NCBI GenBank assembly: GCA_965659745.1
Contig: CBFHXF010000007.1
Location: 713-64,712 of the forward strand
Direction: 5' to 3'
DNA length: 64,000 nucleotides
Source: Bacteroidia bacterium
GTDB lineage: Bacteria > Bacteroidota > Bacteroidia > NS11-12g > UBA955
Shown: positions 57,373-64,000 of the stretch, in pieces
How positions within the stretch are numbered: position 1 is the stretch's first letter
Layout of the letters: each line of letters begins with the position of its first letter
Position numbers and translations under genes: made by a program
The notes under the pieces: model-generated
The model's database searches: none
What the model saw: the letters and a program-made list of their open reading frames with translations, nothing else
Told to the model about the DNA's origin: nothing

Positions 57373-59841
57373 ATGTTTAAACAGAAAGAGACCTTCTTTG
57401 ACTTTATGAATGAGGACGACAATGTAGACGGAACTCCTGAGTTTTTGCCCTTGTTCTCAAAGCAAGAAGAAGATGAAAGCAATAAAATGGAGATTCCAAG
57501 CGAACTACCCGTCTTGGCTATAAAAAATACCGTACTATTTCCAGGTGTTATTTTTCCCATTACCGTAGGCCGCGATAAAAGCATAAAATTAATTAAAGAA
57601 GCGAACAAAGGCGATAAAACCATTGCGGTTGTTTCACAAAAGAATTCCGAGGTTGAAGATCCAAACTTGGCCGATGTGTATTCCATCGGAGTATTGGCTA
57701 AAATCATTAAGTTGATGCGCATGCCTGATGGTACCACAACCGTTATCATTCAAGGCAAAAGACGAATTCAAATCGGCGAACTCACCCAATCCGAACCCTA
57801 CATGAAGGCAAATGTGTCTTCTTATCCTGATTTGCCTTTTAAAGAAGATAAAGAATACAAAGCCATCATCGATAGCATAAAAGATATTTCTAACAATATC
57901 ATTAATTTATCTCCCAATATCCCTTCAGAAGCTTCTATTGCCATACGCAACATCGATTCAAGCGTTTTCTTGATTCATTTTGTGGCTTCAAATTTGAATA
58001 TCCCAGTAGGAGAGAAGCAAGAAATTTTAGAATCGGTTTCCCCCAAAGAACGCGCACTCCGTGTTTTAGAACACGTTACCAAAGAGTTGCAAATGCTTGA
58101 ATTAAAAGATCAAATTCAAAGCAAGGTGCGTACCGATATCGATAAACAACAACGCGAGTATTTCCTGCATCAACAAATAAGAGCCATACAAGAAGAATTA
58201 GGGGCCGAATCTCCAGACAAAGAAATAGAGAATCTCCGTCTAAAGGGCAGCGAGAAAACATGGAAAAAAGAAGTTCGTGATCATTTCTACAAAGAATTAG
58301 ATCGCCTCGGACGTATAAATCCCGCGTCGCCAGATTATTCCGTTGGACTTAATTATGTACAACTTCTGTTAGACTTGCCCTGGGATACGTATACAGACGA
58401 TAATTTTGATTTGATTCGTGCCGCTAAGGTTTTAGATGAAGACCATTTTGGTTTGGATAAGGTAAAAGTCCGTATATTAGAGTATCTAGCCGTTCTCAAA
58501 CTAAAAGGAGATCTCAAATCGCCCATTATTTGTTTACATGGACCTCCAGGGGTAGGTAAAACCTCTCTTGGAAAAAGTATTGCACGCGCCTTAGGTCGCA
58601 AATATGTGCGTATGAGTTTAGGGGGCCTTCACGACGAATCTGAAATCCGTGGACATAGAAAAACCTATATTGGAGCGATGCCGGGAAGGGTAGTACAGAA
58701 CATTAAAAAAGTGGGTTCCTCTAATCCGGTTTTCGTATTAGATGAAATTGACAAACTCGGACGTGATTTTAGAGGCGATCCAAGCTCGGCCTTGTTAGAA
58801 GTATTAGATCCGGAGCAAAACGCTACTTTTTATGATAATTACCTTGAATTCGACTATGATTTAAGCAAGGTGTTATTTGTGGCTACTGCCAATAGCCTAG
58901 ATACCATACAGCCCGCTTTGCTAGATCGAATGGAAATCATTGATCTGCACGGTTACAGCGTAGAAGAAAAAATGCAAATTGCAAAAACCTATCTAATTCC
59001 TAAACAGCGAAAAGCGCATGGTTTGAAAGGATCGCAATTTAAAATTTCTGATTCAGGTCTGCAATTGATCATCGAACAATACACACGCGAAAGCGGTGTT
59101 CGAGGTTTAGAAAAGAAAATAGCGTCATTAGCACGAGCCTCGGCAAAGCAGGAAGCATCGGGTGAATCATACAAAAAAACCGTGAGCGTTTCAGAAATTG
59201 AAACCATATTAGGTCCAGAAAAACTAGAACCCGAATTATACGAGAATAATCATACAGCCGGTGTGGTAACGGGTTTGGCATGGAGTCCTATGGGTGGAAG
59301 TGTTTTATTCGTAGAAAGCACCTTAACCCCAGGAAAAGGGGAACTTAAGGTTACCGGACAGCTTGGAGACGTAATGAAGGAAAGCACCTCGTTAGCACAT
59401 ACATTCTTGAAAGCTCACGCACATTATCTGGATGTAGATGCTGATATTTTCAACCATTGGAATGTACACATACATTTTCCAGCCGGGTCGATACCCAAAG
59501 ACGGTCCTTCTGCGGGAATTACCATCCTAACGGCTTTGGCCTCTTTATTTACCCAGCGTAAAGTCAAGAATAAATTGGCCATGACCGGTGAAATTACTTT
59601 AAGAGGTAAGGTGTTGCCTGTGGGTGGAATTAAAGAGAAGATTTTGGCAGCCAAAAGAGCCGGAATTAAAGAAGTGATACTTTGCAAACAGAACGAAAAG
59701 GATATCCTCGATATCAAACCCGATTACATCGAAGGAATGGAATTTCATTTCGTGAATAATATGTTTGAAGTTTTGGATTTGGCCTTAACCAGTCAAAAAG
59801 TAAAGAACCCGATTGATTTAACGGCTAAAACAACGAAATAA
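57373..59841 (+). CDS. lon: ATP-dependent Lon protease (endopeptidase La)
   Basis: 822 aa. LON N-domain, AAA+ GPPGVGKTS, protease domain with DGPSAGIT (Ser) and catalytic Lys region. Confidence 0.9.
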   Translation: MFKQKETFFDFMNEDDNVDGTPEFLPLFSKQEEDESNKMEIPSELPVLAIKNTVLFPGVIFPITVGRDKSIKLIKEANKGDKTIAVVSQKNSEVEDPNLADVYSIGVLAKIIKLMRMPDGTTTVIIQGKRRIQIGELTQSEPYMKANVSSYPDLPFKEDKEYKAIIDSIKDISNNIINLSPNIPSEASIAIRNIDSSVFLIHFVASNLNIPVGEKQEILESVSPKERALRVLEHVTKELQMLELKDQIQSKVRTDIDKQQREYFLHQQIRAIQEELGAESPDKEIENLRLKGSEKTWKKEVRDHFYKELDRLGRINPASPDYSVGLNYVQLLLDLPWDTYTDDNFDLIRAAKVLDEDHFGLDKVKVRILEYLAVLKLKGDLKSPIICLHGPPGVGKTSLGKSIARALGRKYVRMSLGGLHDESEIRGHRKTYIGAMPGRVVQNIKKVGSSNPVFVLDEIDKLGRDFRGDPSSALLEVLDPEQNATFYDNYLEFDYDLSKVLFVATANSLDTIQPALLDRMEIIDLHGYSVEEKMQIAKTYLIPKQRKAHGLKGSQFKISDSGLQLIIEQYTRESGVRGLEKKIASLARASAKQEASGESYKKTVSVSEIETILGPEKLEPELYENNHTAGVVTGLAWSPMGGSVLFVESTLTPGKGELKVTGQLGDVMKESTSLAHTFLKAHAHYLDVDADIFNHWNVHIHFPAGSIPKDGPSAGITILTALASLFTQRKVKNKLAMTGEITLRGKVLPVGGIKEKILAAKRAGIKEVILCKQNEKDILDIKPDYIEGMEFHFVNNMFEVLDLALTSQKVKNPIDLTAKTTK

Positions 59842-60014
59842 ACTATATTTGAGCATGTTCAAGGAAAAAGTATGGGAGTATCTCTCCTTCAAAAAAACTA
59901 CAGGCGAGAAGCCCAGCTTTAATCTTCGTATGATGCACGGTATTAATAAGATTTCGATTTTCATGTTTTTATTTGCAATTATCGTAATGTTCGTGCGGTT
60001 TTGTAAATAAAAAC

Positions 60015-61340
60015 ATGAAAACCAGAATTGTATCCACCTTCGCTTTATTAGCTTCGGCCTGCTCCTCACTTTTAAACGGACAAATTCCTCAACTTGCTCA
60101 GTCAAGTCGAATTTTATATGCACCGCTTGATTCCATCGGTACCGACTTAGCGAGTAGAAGTTCGATGGATTTGGTACCCTTATTCGAATTAAAAAACAAC
60201 TGGGTACATAGTTATCTTGATCTCGCAGGGGCGGACTACAGTGAGATTTCCGATTCCATCCAAATTAAAGTACCTGAACATGTGGGTATTCTGAGCTATG
60301 GTTACTTTTTTCAGCATCACCAATCCTCTAAATGGGAGCCCAAACGAATTTTGTTTATTATCGAGAAGGGACCTTTTTGGCATCGCCAACTCAGTGCTCG
60401 TATATGGTTGGATCGCAATCATAATTTAGATTTTACCGATGAAAATCCCGAAGTACTAACAAAAGGCAGGTCGAATCGACCGATTTCTTTTTCCGAGGGA
60501 AATCAATTCACGTCGGGGGTGAATATTAAGGTTTTTCCAGAAAGTAAATTCTATCGCTTTTCTAAGATGAACGACCTTTCTATAAATGAAATGCAAGGCA
60601 ATAGAAAGTTTATTGGTACGGGAAACTCGTTGAAGGTAGACCGAATTAACATTCGTTATGCCCCTTTTAAATTCAGAAGTGACACCCTTCTTGTTGGAGT
60701 TTTAGACGCAAATTCGAATGGGAATTTTAATGATATTGGGATTGATCAATGGTTGATTTCTCCGAGCGCTAATCCGGTGCTTTCTACTAAGGATAAGGTA
60801 GCGGTGGGACCTAAATCGGAATTTGCGTGGATGGGATATGCCTATAAACTGGCCTTAGATTCAACGCGAGGAATCATTGGGGGGGTAAGTTTAATTCCCA
60901 GTTTGAAAGTCAGTAAATCCCATAAAAGTTTATTGAATGGGGCAAAAATGCCTCGTTTCAAATTTTGTATAGCTCAAAAAAATGCGAAAAAAATGAATTC
61001 TAGGAAACTGCCAAAAAGACCCACCGTTTTTGTGGTTTGGAGCGCAGAAAATGAAGAATTCTTAAAAGACTCCTCATATTTGCATCAACTGAGCAGAAAG
61101 AATAAAGATAGTGTCAATTGGGTATTTTTAAATTTTGGTGGAAGTGGCAAATACGTATCATATTACAACCGCAGATACGATATAAATGTCCTACAAGGGT
61201 TTTGCAATTCTCGAATATCTCAAAAATTACGATTACAGCATTTGCCTCAATTTATGATTTGGGATGACCGTAAGAAATTGATTTTCAATTCAAATAATGT
61301 CCGAGACTTGGGAGTGCAAATCGAAATTATAAAGAAGTAG
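60015..61340 (+). CDS. Hypothetical secreted protein with C-terminal thioredoxin-like region lacking CxxC
   Basis: 441 aa. Signal peptide or lipobox MKTRIVSTFALLASACSS. The C-terminal ~110 aa (PTVFVVWSAENEEF...VNWVFLNFGG) resembles a TlpA/redoxin fold but has no active-site cysteines. Confidence 0.45.
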   Translation: MKTRIVSTFALLASACSSLLNGQIPQLAQSSRILYAPLDSIGTDLASRSSMDLVPLFELKNNWVHSYLDLAGADYSEISDSIQIKVPEHVGILSYGYFFQHHQSSKWEPKRILFIIEKGPFWHRQLSARIWLDRNHNLDFTDENPEVLTKGRSNRPISFSEGNQFTSGVNIKVFPESKFYRFSKMNDLSINEMQGNRKFIGTGNSLKVDRINIRYAPFKFRSDTLLVGVLDANSNGNFNDIGIDQWLISPSANPVLSTKDKVAVGPKSEFAWMGYAYKLALDSTRGIIGGVSLIPSLKVSKSHKSLLNGAKMPRFKFCIAQKNAKKMNSRKLPKRPTVFVVWSAENEEFLKDSSYLHQLSRKNKDSVNWVFLNFGGSGKYVSYYNRRYDINVLQGFCNSRISQKLRLQHLPQFMIWDDRKKLIFNSNNVRDLGVQIEIIKK

Positions 61341-61375
61341 TTATTATTGTGTAATATTGCACAAAGTAAATTTCC

Positions 61376-62305
61376 ATGAAAAGAACTGGTGTAATCATTA
61401 TTTTGTTGATACTTCTGCTATTATCTGCAGGTACTAACACGTATTTGTACTATGACAACAAAGACTCACTCGCTGAGAAAGAACTTGAATTAGTAGCAGT
61501 ACGCGACTCTTTACAACGAGAACTTCTTCGTATTGAAGACTCACTTAACAACGTTGTCATGACCCTACAACAAGAGAATTCTACGTTAGTTAGCAAAGTT
61601 ACCGAATTAGAAGGACCTAATAATCCTCGCGTAATAGCAGCATACCGAGAAGTAAATCGTTTGCGCCGTCAGTTAATCCAAATGTCTTCAGTTGAGGGTG
61701 GCGATATCAATATTGAGCGTAATACCAAAGATGTCAATTTAAGTGGTATCAGAAAGCAATTAGCCGATGCTAAAGTTAAAATAAAAGATTTGACAGCACA
61801 ATTAGATACGTTGATTATAGAGCGCAATCAAGCCGTTACCGATAAAGAAATAGCTGTTAATGAAAAAGAAGCACTTGGCGTTGAAAATACCGAATTAAAA
61901 GAGCGTTTAGAGCGTGGAGCCATTCCACAGTTTGGTACATTAATAACAAGTGGCTACGACAACAAAAAGAAATTAGCGAATAAAGCAAAAAAAGTGAATC
62001 AATTTATAATCTCTTTTGATATCTTAGAAAATCCTATGGTAACAGAGGTAGTAGATGAAGAAGTAACAATTCGCCTAATCGACCCGGATGGTGGAGTACT
62101 ATCCTTAAATAATAAAACCTTAAGAGATAAGAGCCTTATCTTCACCCTAAAGGAGAATGTTAGTTTCGATGGAGCCCTTCAAAAAGTAAAATGGAAGTTC
62201 CCCGATCGCGGTTCCCTTTCCGGAAAACTTAAAAAAGGTAAATACACTACCGAACTATGGACGCGCGGGCTGTTGCGTCAGAAAAACACCTTCACGCTAA
62301 ACTAA
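61376..62305 (+). CDS. Hypothetical membrane-anchored coiled-coil protein
   Basis: 309 aa. N-terminal TM VIIILLILLLLSAG, ~150 aa heptad-rich coiled coil, C-terminal beta-rich domain. Confidence 0.45.
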   Translation: MKRTGVIIILLILLLLSAGTNTYLYYDNKDSLAEKELELVAVRDSLQRELLRIEDSLNNVVMTLQQENSTLVSKVTELEGPNNPRVIAAYREVNRLRRQLIQMSSVEGGDINIERNTKDVNLSGIRKQLADAKVKIKDLTAQLDTLIIERNQAVTDKEIAVNEKEALGVENTELKERLERGAIPQFGTLITSGYDNKKKLANKAKKVNQFIISFDILENPMVTEVVDEEVTIRLIDPDGGVLSLNNKTLRDKSLIFTLKENVSFDGALQKVKWKFPDRGSLSGKLKKGKYTTELWTRGLLRQKNTFTLN

Positions 62306-62325
62306 AATCAACACCTAGTTTGCAT

Positions 62326-62357
62326 AAAAAAGCCTCCTGAATAAAGGGGGCTTTTTT
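62326..62357 (+). terminator. Rho-independent terminator after the coiled-coil protein gene
   Basis: aaaaAGCCTCCtgaataaaGGGGGCTttttt. Confidence 0.55.
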
Positions 62358-62507
<150 letters not shown>

Positions 62508-62508
62508 C

Positions 62509-62544
62509 AAAAAAGCTGCCTCGGATATGATGCAGCTTTTTTTT
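62509..62544. terminator. Bidirectional terminator-like hairpin between the two repeat arrays
   Basis: aaaaaAGCTGCctcggatatgatGCAGCTttttttt: an A-run on one side and a T-run on the other. Confidence 0.5.
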
Positions 62545-62616
62545 GCTTTTGACTTTGATTATAATTCTGAATGGGATTCGATTACCAACAAAAAGTACTT
62601 ATTAGACTCCTTGAAC

Positions 62617-62679
62617 CACTCATAATTTACCATTCATAATTCATAACTCATAATTCACCATTCATAATTCATAATTCAA
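62617..62679. repeat. Degenerate inverted copy of the heptamer array (NATTCAT-like x ~9)
   Basis: CACTCAT AATTTAC CATTCAT AATTCAT AACTCAT AATTCAC CATTCAT AATTCAT AATTCAa: the reverse complement of the RTGAATG units. Confidence 0.75.
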
Positions 62680-62708
62680 AAAAGGTCGCCTTTTGAGCGA
62701 CCTTTTTT
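62677..62708. terminator. Bidirectional terminator hairpin serving the minus-strand RND gene
   Basis: aaaaaaaGGTCGCcttttgaGCGACCtttttt, immediately 3' of the minus-strand stop at 62713. Confidence 0.55.
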
Positions 62709-62712
62709 AAAA

Positions 62713-64000
62713 CTATTTTTTCTTACCCGGACGTAACTCCTTATCCGGATCGTACGAAACGCCTACCCAAGAATAGATCTTGGCCTTAACCTTTTCGTTC
62801 AGATAATACAAATTAGGAACAATGAATAACGTTAATACCGTTGCAAATCCCAATCCAAATATCATCGTCCAGCTTAAAGGACCCCAGAAGGCCACACTAT
62901 CACCGCCGAAGAAAATATGGGGATTCAGCTCTGTAAATAAAGTTACAAAGTCCATATTCAAACCAACTGCCAATGGTATCAATCCCAAAATGGTACTGGC
63001 CGCCGTTAATAATACCGGAGTCATACGGGTTCTACCAGCTTCAATCAATGCTTCCTTCAATGGCATGCCTTGTGAACGCATTTGATCGGCAAATTCTACA
63101 ATCAAAATACCATTTCTAACCACAATACCAATTAAGGCTACAATTCCAACCCCGCTCATAATTACTGAGAAATCCATATCAAAAATGGCAAATCCTAATA
63201 ACACACCAATTACAGAGAAGAATACCTCACTTAAGATGATAATCGGCTTAGAAATCGAATTGAATTGCGAAACCAAAATTACAATGATCAATGCAATAGC
63301 TGCCATCATAGCGGTAGATAAGAATGCAGCTGTTTCTGCCTGCTCTTCTTGCTCTCCCGTTAAGGCAATCTCTAGTCCTTCGGGCTGTCCGTACTGCTCA
63401 ATGGCTTCGGTAACCTGAGCCACTACTTCATTCGGAGCATAACCTGTTAATACATTTGAAGACAACGTGATCACACGCTTTTGATTCAAACGGTTAATAC
63501 CGCCAAATGTGTTGTTGTAAGTTACATCTGCCACGGCCGATAACGGAATTTGTCTTAACATACCGCCCGCAATCATATCGCGGAAGGTAATACGCATATT
63601 CAACAATTCATTCAAGTCGTTACTTGTTGCTTTTTCCAAACGCACCATGATCGGATAATCGTCGTTAGCATCTTTGAATTTCGATGCTTCAGCACCATAT
63701 ATTGAATTTCGAATCGCCATCCCAATTTGGGACGTACTAATTCCGAAACGATTGGCTCTTTCTCGGTCAATATTAACAATCAATTCAGGCTTAGAGCTGA
63801 TAAAATCGCTTTTCAATTCTTCAACACCCGCAATGTTCTTTTCATCTAAAAACTGCTTGAGTTCAGCACCCGTTTTAACCAAAATATCGAATTCATCGCC
63901 GCGAATTTCAATATTGATGGCTTTTCCTACTGGCGGTCCGTTACTTTCCTGTTCCACTACCAATTCAACACCCGCAAAGCCTGTAAGTCCTGCTCGTATG
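62713..64000 (-). CDS. RND (HAE1 family, AcrB-like) efflux transporter permease, C-terminal part (5' end beyond window)
   Basis: AcrB C-terminal TM bundle and periplasmic subdomain motifs (RFRPILMTS-like TRMTPVLLTAASTILGLIPLA, PLAVGLNMDF). The ORF continues past position 64000. Confidence 0.8.
   Translation of the reverse strand, partial: IRAGLTGFAGVELVVEQESNGPPVGKAINIEIRGDEFDILVKTGAELKQFLDEKNIAGVEELKSDFISSKPELIVNIDRERANRFGISTSQIGMAIRNSIYGAEASKFKDANDDYPIMVRLEKATSNDLNELLNMRITFRDMIAGGMLRQIPLSAVADVTYNNTFGGINRLNQKRVITLSSNVLTGYAPNEVVAQVTEAIEQYGQPEGLEIALTGEQEEQAETAAFLSTAMMAAIALIIVILVSQFNSISKPIIILSEVFFSVIGVLLGFAIFDMDFSVIMSGVGIVALIGIVVRNGILIVEFADQMRSQGMPLKEALIEAGRTRMTPVLLTAASTILGLIPLAVGLNMDFVTLFTELNPHIFFGGDSVAFWGPLSWTMIFGLGFATVLTLFIVPNLYYLNEKVKAKIYSWVGVSYDPDKELRPGKKK

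Overview
This 64 kb window looks like a chromosomal backbone segment from a Bacteroidota genome (Flavobacteriia/Cytophagia-like). The evidence is a complete porP-like + gldK-gldL-gldM-gldN type IX secretion/gliding core operon, a T9SS C-terminal sorting domain on a secreted M43 metalloprotease, a TopA with a Lys/Ala-rich histone-H1-like tail, and TAnnTTTG-type -7 promoter elements. Coding density is high on both strands. Most genes are recognisable housekeeping genes: thrS-infC-rpmI-rplT, clpB, purB, uvrA, lipB, topA, a 2-oxoacid dehydrogenase E2, tRNA-Leu(CAA), yceD-rpmF-plsX-fabH, guaA, cinA, rnhA, recN, pfkA, lon, and the 3' part of an RND efflux permease running off the window end. I found no transposase, integrase, CRISPR array or recognisable defence or toxin cassette. 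The items most worth a second look are: a pair of inverted heptanucleotide tandem-repeat arrays (RTGAATG x ~21 and a degenerate reverse-complement copy) bracketing a terminator hairpin in a convergent intergenic region; an orphan sigma-54 enhancer-binding response regulator (co-operonic with Sua5) divergent from the T9SS operon; a transglycosylase with its GT51 domain at the C-terminus behind a ~450 aa uncharacterised N-terminal domain; a lipB-lemA-TPM-TPM operon whose Gly-rich tail is encoded antisense to the 3' end of a GT-C-like mannosyltransferase gene; and several secreted or membrane hypotheticals (His-rich, CPPCPC-tailed, thioredoxin-like without CxxC). All calls rest on by-eye motif and family recognition from the six-frame ORF track; no database search was possible.
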